Of a stretch of 64,000 nucleotides of DNA, positions 36,304-46,586 are shown in pieces. Source of the DNA: Schizochytrium sp. TIO01. Lineage: Eukaryota; Protista; Bigyra: Labyrinthulomycetes. The position numbers and the translations under genes are program-made. The notes beneath the pieces are model-generated. The model saw nothing but the letters and a program-made list of their open reading frames with translations, did no database searches and was not told where the DNA came from. The number at the start of each line of letters is the position of its first letter. Position 1 is the stretch's first letter. The stretch lies in contig SMSO01000032.1 of the NCBI GenBank assembly GCA_004764695.1, forward strand, positions 2,480,001 to 2,544,000. The letters are read 5' to 3'.

Positions 36304-36897
36304 CTTCGATTTGGCAACTAGAGCCGGCGAGCCTCGTTGAGGACCCAAGCCGAGCCGCACGAGTCTACTACAGACTTCACACCCGGCCCCTCTACCTCGG
36401 AGGTGCTCCGATCGCACCACCACGAGTGTCCCGGCGCTACACAGCGCAAGAGACCACCGGAGTCCCGAAGGTTTGCTGTACGAAGTCTGGGAATTGATAG
36501 AAGCAAACGTCGATCTTCAATACGCCAACGAAAATGAAATATCAAAGAAAAAAAATAGATTGGTCAATCAAACAACCTATAGGTACCTTAACTACCTCCT
36601 ATACTACTGTTAGCCAAGTAAAATGCCTATTTTACCCAGATGATAAGTCAACTTTGCTTCTCTAATTGTTGGGGGTCTTTCAATATCTTCAAACCAAAGT
36701 TCTCTTTCACCAATTGCACCCTGAGCTACAAGCTCTTCTACATACACATTTTGCCCACCAGGTTGAAACTCGCAACACTTTGACTAATCTTCCGCAGCTC
36801 CAGGTCCTCCTCCTCATTCATTCCTCAGCAGCTTCGTGGAGACCGGCAGAAAGAATCCGACGCCTCGTGACGGTCTATTCTAAAACGCGTTGCGCTG

Positions 36898-37221
36898 TTG
36901 GGCCTCTTCTCGGTCGACGGAGAACCCCCTTCATTGCGTTCCGCAGACCATACTGTGATAGGGAGTTATGCCTTTTCAAGTGTGCCTTCTCTCGATTTTG
37001 TGCAAAATGTTCTCTCGAACTCTCTAGGGATTCCACACGGAGATCTGGGACGGCCAAATGTTAATCGCAACAATTTAAATAGCAAAAAGAGACCAATGAT
37101 CATTGACTTCGGTATGACAAAACGCAAGGAAGATATGGATCCAGACGTTTTTAATATGTGTGCTGACCAGGAAATCAGGGATCTTCGCATCGAATTACTG
37201 ACAACTTGCGCTGGCCATTAG
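36898..37221 (+). pseudogene. Protein kinase-like C-lobe fragment (degenerate)
   Basis: LGIPHGDLGRPNV catalytic-loop-like motif (His at 37036) followed by RPMIIDFGMT (DFG at 37105). No ATG before the motifs and no intact N-lobe. Confidence 0.6.
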
Positions 37222-37439
37222 AAATTGAACCCGAACGCAACTAGCTCTGACAACTAGCCTGTAACTAGCTCTGGCAACTGTCCCTGTCAACTATCCTCAG
37301 CACTCGCACTCTCTTCCTGTTCAGTCTTCTCTATACTCTACATTCTATTCTTGTTCTGATTATTATTGTTAGATTATTATCATCATATTAATAAATTATT
37401 TTATTTTTTTGGAATACTACGTCTTATTGCTCATCGCAA

Positions 37440-37708
37440 GATCAATTTCCTCCTGGCGTAAAGCTTGTCCTTTTCCCGATTTTAATAGATTCGCATTGGT
37501 GTCTTATGACTGTGGATTTTGTGCAAAGACGTATACTCGCGTATGATCCGATGAAAAACTCTTCTTGGTCATATTTCGAGGATTGTCAAAGGTCGCTTGA
37601 TGAAGTTCTGCACATCAAAACGGACCTGGGCGAGTGGAAATTGAATGTGCTGCTGGCAACCAATAAAACTCTTATAATTGTGGGATTTACGTGATGAAAT
37701 GGCAATGA
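37440..37708 (+). pseudogene. Ulp1/C48 (SUMO-protease-like) peptidase pseudogene
   Basis: One frame gives KLVLFPILIDSHWCLMTVDFVQRRILAYDPM (catalytic His-Trp at 37494 and downstream Asp). After a frameshift the frame at 37661 gives Q*NSYNCGIYVMKW, the QxNxxDCG-type catalytic Cys motif with an in-frame stop. Confidence 0.75.
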
Positions 37709-38417
37709 TGGGCGGTCTCTTCTCTGGAGGGGACACCCATGAGCCTGTTAAGAAAATTGAGCTCTCTTCTACCCCCAGTTGCGCATCTCATTCGATGGCC
37801 AAGTTACTGATGACAGGCATTGCAGCGACCTACGCCTGCAAATGTTACGTTTTGAAGGTGCATTACACGATACTGTCAACTTCTCTAAAAAAATGAAGAT
37901 GCAAAGTCCTAAGAATAGATTCTCTAGAGCTTCATTCACTATCGAGCTTGAGGTTTGGCAAACTTCAAGCCTTCAAGAAGATAGATATCAACAGCTCTCT
38001 CACATTGTCCAGTGACTCTGACTCTGAGTCTGGCCTTCTAATAACATAATTGTAGTGCTCTCTTTGTCCCATAGCTATGTACTAGTACCATAAACTATAG
38101 ACCAGTTACCTAGTTCTTCCGAGTTCCCTACTAAGTAAGTAATATGTATACCAAAACCCTGAAATGACTTAAGCAAGGCTGCCGAAAGCTGGTCAGTTCG
38201 CTTTCCGGCGCTGTGGCGCGAGCTCCCAAAAGGTTTTCTCACTCTTCGGCGCGTTTTTTGGCGCCGGATCGTTGACGATCATTCGATTCCCTCTTTCCTT
38301 CCTTTCTCCTTTTTTTCATTTGTTCATTCGTTCGCTCGCTCGTTCGTTCTTTATCGAGGTATGCTTGAGAAGAGAACACAGTTGGCGTGTAATTGATAGC
38401 AGCGCAACTGTATGTGT

Positions 38418-38461
<44 letters not shown>

Positions 38462-38462
38462 T
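38418..38462. repeat. (TTTC)n microsatellite
   Basis: Tandem TTTC array; a similar degenerate array lies at about 39100-39160. Confidence 0.9.
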
Positions 38463-39612
38463 CCTTTTTACTTTTTAATAATTTCACTTTTAATGTTTAA
38501 AAAATAGATTTGATATTAATAAACATGACAAATTGAAATTATAAAATATAAATAAGAGTTATCGGTGCAGAATGGCAGAAATGTGGACGGAGGATGAGAA
38601 CCTTCACTGATTCATGATTGCTCGCAACGCGGTCGATCGAAGACTGTGGCTCTCTTTCTAGGCACCAAAATAGCTCTGGTTATATGATACCCAACAACAC
38701 AGGCACCTAGGCAGGAGACTGACTGCATTTGTGTGCAAGCAAGAAAAGATGATTTGATCTGAGTCATCGTAGTCCCAGAACCCCTTTTGTGTACTTTCCT
38801 GATAACCCCCTGCAGCTCTTGTTTGTCGACAGAGTACCTGGCACGGAGGGGTTATGATGGGAGTACCTAATAGGACAGATGAGGTGTAAGGCACCAGGTA
38901 CGTACGCCTAACCGACACTTATGAGTAACGGTAGGATAGCGCTGTGGTTAGTCCGATTTTGTGACTAAGAAAACAGAAAATCGAAGCAAAGAACTTCTTT
39001 AGCACAAAGATTGAGATGAAAGGATGATTGATGATCATAGATGATTGATAGATTCTCTTTTCTGTCTGCTTTGGAAGGTCAGTTTAGTTTACGTATTTAC
39101 TTTCTTTCTTTCTTCTTTCTTACTTTCTTTCTTCTTTCTTTCTTTCTTTCTTTCTTTCTTAGGAAAGAAAGGCAAAAGCTCAAGCGAAGGATGTACAACG
39201 ATCACTTTTGATGATGTTGTTTGCATTGCGAAATGATTGGCACCTGCATGTGAAGTGAAGGTACGGGGGCAGTGGGCTTCGCTGGCAGCAGACACGAGCA
39301 AGTGCGCTGGAGCTTCCTGGGCAATGAGGGAGTCAAATGCGAGTGAATTGAGCAAAGAAAAAGGAGAAGGAGTAAGAAAGAGAAGAAAAGAGCAAGATTA
39401 AAGTTTTTAGTGTTTTTTTAAAAAGCGAGTTCGAGTTATTTAGTTGAAACGCGCTAGTGGTAGAGAAAATGGTAGATGGTGTTAGCAGTGGTTTAGCAGA
39501 GAGGCGAAGCAGAATAATTGATCAAAAGCGCATCATCTCTCGAACTCGCAATCAAAGCGATTTGGTTGTGCTGGTTCGCCGAGGCCCGAGCGGCAATCAG
39601 GGCTGCTGCAGA

Positions 39613-40995
39613 ATGCGGTGGGGTGCTGCACGAAGGCTGCTAGTAGCGCTGGCTGCAGCATTGGCGCTGGCGACTCCTGCGGCTGCGCAAGAGACGGTTG
39701 TGCGCAGGCCACGCGCAGGCGGCCTGGGCGGTGGCAATGGCGGAGCGAGGTTTGCACAAGGGCAGCTCGGTGGAGTACGCACGAACAACCACCCACTGAG
39801 GAACACAAGCCCGACATTCGGAGACATCGGGTTCCCAACGACCGTGCTCAAAGATGTGGACGCATCGGGAGAGGCACAGAAGCGAGACGCAGAGATTGTG
39901 CTCAGGGCGTTCGACAGCTTCTTTAACTCGCCCAGAGTCTGTTCCAACCCGGAGAACTCGCTCAGCTTTCGTAACAGAGGTGCAGGAGAAGGACTCGGGT
40001 CGCTGCTTAACGGGTATGTAATTACATTTGCACGTGCGCTGACAGGTGGACAAAGACTATGCTCGCACGAAGCAACGACAAATTATGTGAACTCCTCGTC
40101 ATGCCCTGCACAATCGTGGGAATGCCTGTTCGAGCCAATTAGTACAGAGTGCCCGTGTGCTGATAATTTACCAGGATCGATGAAACCGAGACATGCTGAC
40201 AGGTGCTTCGACATGTCTGACCGTGAGTCTTACTCAAGTAATGGCCTCCGGACTTACATCTATGAAGCGATTAAATCGTTCTTTGACGAGCCGCTGCCAA
40301 TGCGGGATGATCACTGGTACATGGCACTTCTCTACCATTATGTGCTACGACCGAATGAGAAATTGCGCAACTTTCGCGATGCGCTGCGGACTTCCTTATT
40401 TCCTGATATCAACTTTAAAGATGCAATCGCCTGCCACGTGCGCCGTGGAGACCACTGGATGGGCCAGCATCATGAAGATCAGTCCTTCGTCGAAACTATC
40501 AAGGCAGTGGCTAATGCAACCAGTTCTACGACAGTTCTTCTGGCCTCGGATGATTTTACGGCCTTGAAAACCTTTCCTGATAAACTCAAACCGCTTCGTG
40601 TAATTTCTATTCCTGGAAATTACTCAATCCTCCATGAGCTAGAGAATGTTTGTAATGGCAGGTCGCGGAAATGCCAAGCAGCCAAATTTCTCCGCTCCAA
40701 GGGCTCAAGTGATGAAGGTCTGCTTCTTATGTCGCAGATTCTTCTTATGGCTGAAACAAAAGTCACTATCGGTAGTATAGGATCGAACTTTGCACGTTTG
40801 ATTCATCAATTACAGTGGGCACGCTCTATTCTCCAGGGAGAAGGAATGCCGCACCCTATGTTAAGTTTTATGGAAATGTCAGGCGCACAATATTTTGCCT
40901 GCGGATGGCGTCGCTCCACCCATCTTATGCGTAGTAGCGCGGTTGCGCGTAAGGAATGGGTTGCACGATATAAGTTCTACAAATCAATCGAATAA
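39613..40995 (+). CDS. GT23-family (FUT8/NodZ-like) fucosyltransferase with signal peptide
   Basis: The first true ATG at 39613 gives signal peptide MRWGAARRLLVALAAALALATPAAA. Motifs: GLGSLLN, WECLFEPIS, YVLRPN, ACHVRRGD (GDP-fucose motif I), VLLASDD (motif II) and GSIGSNFARL (motif III). Confidence 0.85.
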   Translation: MRWGAARRLLVALAAALALATPAAAQETVVRRPRAGGLGGGNGGARFAQGQLGGVRTNNHPLRNTSPTFGDIGFPTTVLKDVDASGEAQKRDAEIVLRAFDSFFNSPRVCSNPENSLSFRNRGAGEGLGSLLNGYVITFARALTGGQRLCSHEATTNYVNSSSCPAQSWECLFEPISTECPCADNLPGSMKPRHADRCFDMSDRESYSSNGLRTYIYEAIKSFFDEPLPMRDDHWYMALLYHYVLRPNEKLRNFRDALRTSLFPDINFKDAIACHVRRGDHWMGQHHEDQSFVETIKAVANATSSTTVLLASDDFTALKTFPDKLKPLRVISIPGNYSILHELENVCNGRSRKCQAAKFLRSKGSSDEGLLLMSQILLMAETKVTIGSIGSNFARLIHQLQWARSILQGEGMPHPMLSFMEMSGAQYFACGWRRSTHLMRSSAVARKEWVARYKFYKSIE

Positions 40996-43900
40996 AAACT
41001 TCTCCGCCCTCCACCATGCACATGGACATGCGTGTATTCACCAGTAGCGTCATTGGCTTCTAAATTTGCTGTTGTTTCTGGCAAACTATTTTCAGCTTGA
41101 GCGGCGTCAACAATTTCACCTCCGTCGCCTGTTGCCTCGCTTCCCCATTGCGCGTACGAATACGGGAGATAGCCTTCAGCTGGAGGTTCCCACTGCGACT
41201 CACCCGTAACTACGTGCTGATAGTACATGTACCCACTCGTCTCGTCGTAAACTTCATACCAAACGAGTTCTTCACCATTTGCACTGTATCCACTAGCCTG
41301 TAGTTGTTTTGCCATATCTTCACGGCTAGGTAACCGAGACCCACCTGCTGAAGGCGGCAATGCCGACCTTGGTGGACTTGGTGGCTTTTTCACTGGCACC
41401 TCCTGACCTTGTTTAGTACCTTCATCATAGTCTCCTTGTTCATCTGACTCTCTTGTTGTCGTTCTTTCTGTTTCTATTGTTGGTAGTTCTGCTGGTTCTC
41501 TATTTCCATGTTCTTCATGGAAATCGCCTTCATCATAGACTCCTTCCACTTCTGTTTCTGCCGTATCACCTCTCCCCGCGTTGTAAGATCCCTCCTCTAT
41601 ATACCCGTCTTCCTCGCCTTCAGGCCTCACAGAATTGTCTTGTTCCTCAATTGGTAATCCTTGAAGATATCGGTCTCCCGCGTCTTGTTCCTCTTGGTAG
41701 TATGGTTCTTCTACTATTGTCTCTGTTTTGCCTTCTGCTTGTTGGTCATATGCTCCCGCGTCTTGTTCCTCTTGGTAGTATGGTTCTTCTACTATTGTCT
41801 CTGTGTTGTCTTCTACTTGTTGGTCATAAGGTTCTTCTGTATACTCCTCTGACTCACCTTCAGGCCTCACAGAATTGTTTGGTTCCTCACTTGTTAACTC
41901 TTGAAGATCTGCATCTTCCGCGTCTTGTTCGGGCCAAACAGATTTGTTTTGTTCCTCAATTGATAGCTCTTGAAGATCTCTGTCTCTCACGTCTTGTTCC
42001 TCTCGATTGTATGATTCTTCTACGAATGTCTCTGCCTCGCCTTCTGGCCATGTAGCTCTGTCAGGCTTATCAGAATCTATTGGTATATCCTCTTTGCCGT
42101 TGGCTTCTTCAGTGTCTCCAAGTGGCCCCTCTCTCATATTTTCATATGTGTCACCGGTCTCCTTTGTTTCTGCATTAGCTTCTGCACCAGGATAAATACT
42201 TTCGTGAATGACACTCACCTCCTGTACATTCAGATTTTCCAGAGCAGAATTCTCAGGGCTATTAGCCTGTATTTTCTCAGCCTCGCTCGGTTCAAATTCA
42301 GAGTTTATTGATTGTTTGGAAGCTACGCTAGAACTTGGAGGACCATGTGGATGCACTTCACTCATATCTTGATTGATATCACGAATGCCGACACCCTCTC
42401 CTAGACTGCTGCCCAAGTCCTGAACGATAGTCTGATCCCTACGTTCGTGCCCCTCTGTTTCATGTTTGTTTGTCAAGTCTTGACCCGCTTCTTCATTAGT
42501 CAAATCTTCATATGAGTTGACGATATTAGAAAGGCCATGTGGCACATTACTACTACTATTTTTGTCAAAATCTGCCTCAGTATCTTTGTCAGCCTCCTTG
42601 ATATTAACCTCGCCCTCATGATCGGTAGCTTCCTCAGGGAGTCTAACTGGATCAGCATTGCTTATCATATCTTCATTACATTCTGCTATAGAAGCTGAAA
42701 GTTGCGTTTCTGCCTGCTGGGTCTCAATATTGGAATTCCCCAAAGCTCTTTCGGCATCTCCCTCGATTTCAACATAGGGTCCACCAGAACCTTGCGCAGG
42801 TTTGCTACTTTCGATTTTATTATTAAATGTAACATTTGTCTCATTCATATGATTGCCCTCATCAAGAGCCAAGATACTTTGATTTTCGTCATATCCGCTA
42901 GAGTCTTCTGCATAGACAGGAGGAAAGGAATTCACATTCTCACCCGGAATAGAAATATCCTTCAAAGCGGCGTGGTGTAAAATGTCTCCCTCATTGCTCT
43001 TGTCAGTAACTTGTGCTTCAGTCCTGTCGCCCACAACCTCAGCTTCTTCGGTTTTTACCTTAACTTCGTTAGTTATAGAAGAAATGGCAGGATCTGCACT
43101 TATTTTAGGACCGCTTGTTGGCTTTGGAAGGGATGCAGAATCCTCCTCAGAAGTTGATTGTACATTGCTACTATCGTGTGGAAGGGCTATTGTCTCTATC
43201 ACGTTTTCTGTGGCATGGACTACTGTGGATAAAGTTGAGTGAAGTGTTCCTGTCTCTACATTATTCTTGACGGCATCCTTCGACTGGGTCAATCTATTAT
43301 TTTCATCTTCACTCAATGATTCAGTGGATTCAGATCCCTCCCTTTTGAAACTAGTAGATTTACGCGGGATTGAGTCCGTTCCAATATCGCGTGCAGATTG
43401 ATTTGGCATTGTGAATTCATTTTGTATCGGATGTTCATACATTTTAGTGCTCATTTGCAGCAAATTTGAAGCCGCATTTAAAGATGTGTCAGAAGTTCCT
43501 TCTGCTGGAGTTTGACTAGAAATGAAATCCGCATTTAAAGGTGCAGGGAGTATGTCCAGGGGCTTGTCAGAAATGTTGCCATTCAAATTTTCCTCAGAAG
43601 AAACCAGCGACAATTCGAGGGGTTCTGATTTAGAGTTTTCAAGCAATTGGTAAGAATCGTCGCTCTGACCTAAGACAAGATCCATTTCCACCAGCCTTTC
43701 TTTTTTAACTTGATCGTGCGTCATTAAATGACTCTTTTTGCCATCAAGTAGCGCGGCATCGCTGCTGTCGTATGATGGGGCTATGAGACTTTCCTGTTTG
43801 GCTTCATGAGCCTGTAGTACATCAAAACTTTGATCACTTCTACGGATATCACGGTCTTGGTTTAGAGGTGGGTCTAAATAAGGACTGCCCGCATGCTCGT

Positions 43901-44396
43901 TGTCCACTATGACTTGAGAAGTTTTACGATCAGTTGTTTCACTTGTGTTTCGCTGATCGTCTTTTGAGTCATCAGAATTTTTCTCCACGTCTGGAACCAA
44001 AGCATGAGTCTCCTTAACTGCGATTGCAGATTCTTCGTGTTCCTCAATTCTTGGTGGATGGGTTGGCGTTGTTGACTCTTGACGTGAAGAAAGAGGTCCT
44101 GTAGAAAGCGATCTTTGCGAAGGTGGTTTTCCTGCGGGCGAAGGTGGTGGTGCTGGCCTTGCTGGTGGTGGAGGTGGATTTCCTCGACCCATAGGAGAAC
44201 CTAATGGGGGCTGAACCTTTGGCCCTGCTTGCGTTGTGCTGATACTCAGAGATGGTGAACCAATCAGACCAGAAAAACAATCACTGGTAATTTCTTGGGC
44301 CTGTTGCTGCTGAGAATTTGAAGGGGTATTCGTAGGGGGAGGGGGGGGAGATCGATACGAGCTAGAGCTAGGAGATACCCTTTCAAATGATGCCAT
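40977..44396 (-). CDS. Large acidic low-complexity protein with Pro-rich tracts and C-terminal WW domain (probably the 3' part of a gene starting at about 45750)
   Basis: 1139-aa ORF with WW domain WYEVYDETSGYMYYQHVVTGESQWEPP (41261-41181) and internal duplicated EEPYYQEEQDAG blocks. The frame is open upstream of its ATG, overlapping the end of the 44407-45750 ORF. Confidence 0.8.
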   Translation of the reverse strand: MASFERVSPSSSSYRSPPPPPTNTPSNSQQQQAQEITSDCFSGLIGSPSLSISTTQAGPKVQPPLGSPMGRGNPPPPPARPAPPPSPAGKPPSQRSLSTGPLSSRQESTTPTHPPRIEEHEESAIAVKETHALVPDVEKNSDDSKDDQRNTSETTDRKTSQVIVDNEHAGSPYLDPPLNQDRDIRRSDQSFDVLQAHEAKQESLIAPSYDSSDAALLDGKKSHLMTHDQVKKERLVEMDLVLGQSDDSYQLLENSKSEPLELSLVSSEENLNGNISDKPLDILPAPLNADFISSQTPAEGTSDTSLNAASNLLQMSTKMYEHPIQNEFTMPNQSARDIGTDSIPRKSTSFKREGSESTESLSEDENNRLTQSKDAVKNNVETGTLHSTLSTVVHATENVIETIALPHDSSNVQSTSEEDSASLPKPTSGPKISADPAISSITNEVKVKTEEAEVVGDRTEAQVTDKSNEGDILHHAALKDISIPGENVNSFPPVYAEDSSGYDENQSILALDEGNHMNETNVTFNNKIESSKPAQGSGGPYVEIEGDAERALGNSNIETQQAETQLSASIAECNEDMISNADPVRLPEEATDHEGEVNIKEADKDTEADFDKNSSSNVPHGLSNIVNSYEDLTNEEAGQDLTNKHETEGHERRDQTIVQDLGSSLGEGVGIRDINQDMSEVHPHGPPSSSVASKQSINSEFEPSEAEKIQANSPENSALENLNVQEVSVIHESIYPGAEANAETKETGDTYENMREGPLGDTEEANGKEDIPIDSDKPDRATWPEGEAETFVEESYNREEQDVRDRDLQELSIEEQNKSVWPEQDAEDADLQELTSEEPNNSVRPEGESEEYTEEPYDQQVEDNTETIVEEPYYQEEQDAGAYDQQAEGKTETIVEEPYYQEEQDAGDRYLQGLPIEEQDNSVRPEGEEDGYIEEGSYNAGRGDTAETEVEGVYDEGDFHEEHGNREPAELPTIETERTTTRESDEQGDYDEGTKQGQEVPVKKPPSPPRSALPPSAGGSRLPSREDMAKQLQASGYSANGEELVWYEVYDETSGYMYYQHVVTGESQWEPPAEGYLPYSYAQWGSEATGDGGEIVDAAQAENSLPETTANLEANDATGEYTHVHVHGGGRRSFYSIDL
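41620..42050. repeat. Coding segmental repeats in the acidic WW protein
   Basis: Identical TCTTGTTCCTCTTGGTAGTATGGTTCTTCTACTATTGTCTCTGT at about 41683 and 41761 (78-nt spacing), plus recurring DLQEL..EE..NSV.PE motifs. Confidence 0.8.
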
Positions 44397-44406
44397 TTGA
44401 GTATCC

Positions 44407-45750
44407 TTATTTTGCGGAGTTGGCGCCCCCTGCGGTGGAAGGTGGATAAAGAGGTTGAGCTGGAGGCGTTGGTATTGGCTTTTGGCTTTGCTCGGTAACG
44501 CTTGTGTCGATAGCCCCTGGACGAAATCTGAATGGCCCCTGAGAAGATGTCTTAGCCTTGGGAGATGGTTTCGCCTTCGATTTGGGGCTCTCGGCCGCTA
44601 ATACGTTCCTCCTTGACTTACTTGACCCATGACTTGATGAAATATTATTAGCTTTGCTGTGTGTAGCTTTCGATGGTTTTTCGTATGAGTGTTTCGGACT
44701 GAAAGTGTCGATTTCTGTGATAGGTTTAGGAGACACCATTTGCATAGATGGTGGTTTGGGTAGCGGTTTATATTTGGGTTTAAAAGACATTGGTTCAAGA
44801 GGTTCCTGTAATAAATCAAGTTCTCGGTGGCTTTCTGCAGAAATGGCGCGGCTGGACCATGAATGTTCTTCGAAATTTGCTTTTCGAGGCGGCTGAAGCT
44901 GTGGTTGTGGATGAATAACTCGTTTAAGGCGCGACGGAGATGATTTGACTGGGCTCAAACTTCTGACCTCCTTCATTCTTTGTTGCCTCTCAGCTTCGCG
45001 ATCTTGAATTCTCTTTTGTGCCTCACGGAAGGCTCTGCGAGCCCTTGCGCGTTCCCTCTTTCTTTCATGTAATTTCTTTTGCTCGCGCTGCTCCAGAAGT
45101 TCATCCATTTCGGCATCTTTTTGAGCTATCATCAAACGTATTGCGCGACGACGGCGAGCTTCAGCACGTGTCTTTTCTCGCTCTATGTCCAGTTCTTGTA
45201 ATCTCCGCTTTTCTGGTCTCCTCGCCATTGATAAGGACTTATTATAGCCTGGCATCTCTTCATCCTGGTCTTTCTCTTTGACAGCACGATTTGCCCATTG
45301 AATTACCTCATATGGAGAAACGTACGGTTTCGCAAGTGCTACCGCCCGTTCTTCAAGTTGACAAACACCTGGCTCTGGTATATTGCTCGAGTACCATGCA
45401 TCATCGGCGGTGTTGATTGATATAATACGGAGATTCTTTTGCTTGCGCTCCTGAAATGTAATAAAGAATTTCTCAAGGAAAGCGTCGTCAGTCACGCCAG
45501 GGTGACGTTTCACAGCTTCCATCCACACACTGCGCGCAAAGCCACTTTCATCCTTTAAGAAGTTACGAAGGTACTCTTGTCGTCGCTGAGTTCCTTGTGT
45601 TCGAAGCAACTCGCGCAACAAGTGAAGATCCTCTTCAAAGTTCCGCGGATATACGTGCGATGGTGGCGGATCATACGATTCCCCCTTCTTCAAGTGCGAG
45701 TTACCCGAACCCTGTTTTTGCGAGGCCCGAGTTGTCAAGTGATGTGTCAT
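44407..45750 (-). CDS. Charged coiled-coil / Pro-Ser-rich protein; likely 5' part of the WW-domain gene, broken by a +1 frame break
   Basis: Long ORF with first ATG (MTHHL) at 45750 and an E/R/K-rich coiled coil. The stop lies only 10 nt before the next same-strand ATG, whose frame is already open. Confidence 0.7.
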   Translation of the reverse strand: MTHHLTTRASQKQGSGNSHLKKGESYDPPPSHVYPRNFEEDLHLLRELLRTQGTQRRQEYLRNFLKDESGFARSVWMEAVKRHPGVTDDAFLEKFFITFQERKQKNLRIISINTADDAWYSSNIPEPGVCQLEERAVALAKPYVSPYEVIQWANRAVKEKDQDEEMPGYNKSLSMARRPEKRRLQELDIEREKTRAEARRRRAIRLMIAQKDAEMDELLEQREQKKLHERKRERARARRAFREAQKRIQDREAERQQRMKEVRSLSPVKSSPSRLKRVIHPQPQLQPPRKANFEEHSWSSRAISAESHRELDLLQEPLEPMSFKPKYKPLPKPPSMQMVSPKPITEIDTFSPKHSYEKPSKATHSKANNISSSHGSSKSRRNVLAAESPKSKAKPSPKAKTSSQGPFRFRPGAIDTSVTEQSQKPIPTPPAQPLYPPSTAGGANSAK

Positions 45751-46586
45751 AGTTCCCAGTGATGCAATGACAGCAATGGCTGCCAGCAAGAACTTTGCCT
45801 TGCAATTGGACTCACTCCCTGGTGCTTTTTAATCGAGCATCACAAGCGCCAGAGCAGACCTGGTCGCCCTTTCATCAGAAGATACTCAACAGGAGAAAGA
45901 ATGTGACACAAATGAATTCTCAGCGGCGCGGACTCATACGGCCGTTCTCGCAAGTGCTGCTCTCAAGACCGCAGAACTCAGAAGGTGTGCACTCACCTTC
46001 ATTTGGTCTCACGTGACCAAGCGACGGTTAAATTAGTATCCTAATTTTGGCAAACGAAAGTAACTTACATATGCTTTACTGTTGAACAGTACGTCACGAA
46101 GTTTGAACCTTGATAGGAGCACAATCGACACTCTTCTTGGTAAGCTATGTATCTTTAAAGAGCCAGACCCCGTAACCTCAAGTGTGAAGCTCTAACTTTC
46201 TTCATAAGTATCGTCTGCGCGTACCAAAAGAAATGTTTTTCTACTCCCAGAAATAACCAACCACAAAATCGCACGTTGCAATACCCATCTTCAGTTCGGA
46301 ATTAGTAGACACGATCCTTCTACCCCCACGTGGTAGCGGAGACCAACAGAGTCCAGGTCACCTCAGAGGGAGCTCGAAGCAGTTCTTGTGCAAGATTGCT
46401 TGAACGAAGCTTTGGCTCTATTGGATAAAATAAAAATCAGGTATTAAAAAAGAAAATAAAAATTAGTATTAAAAAAGCACCACTGCGATTGTCTCTTTTT
46501 AATTGAACTAAAATGACCTCGGGGAAGGGATGAAAGAAGCTCATTTTCAATCATTGGAAATCTTCACACAAACCTTGAACGACGGC

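Noticed and set aside
39457-39612. N-terminal extension of the GT23 ORF in the ORF track
   Set aside because: GTG start. Although an in-frame ATG exists at 39469, the ATG at 39613 directly precedes a clean signal peptide and is preferred.
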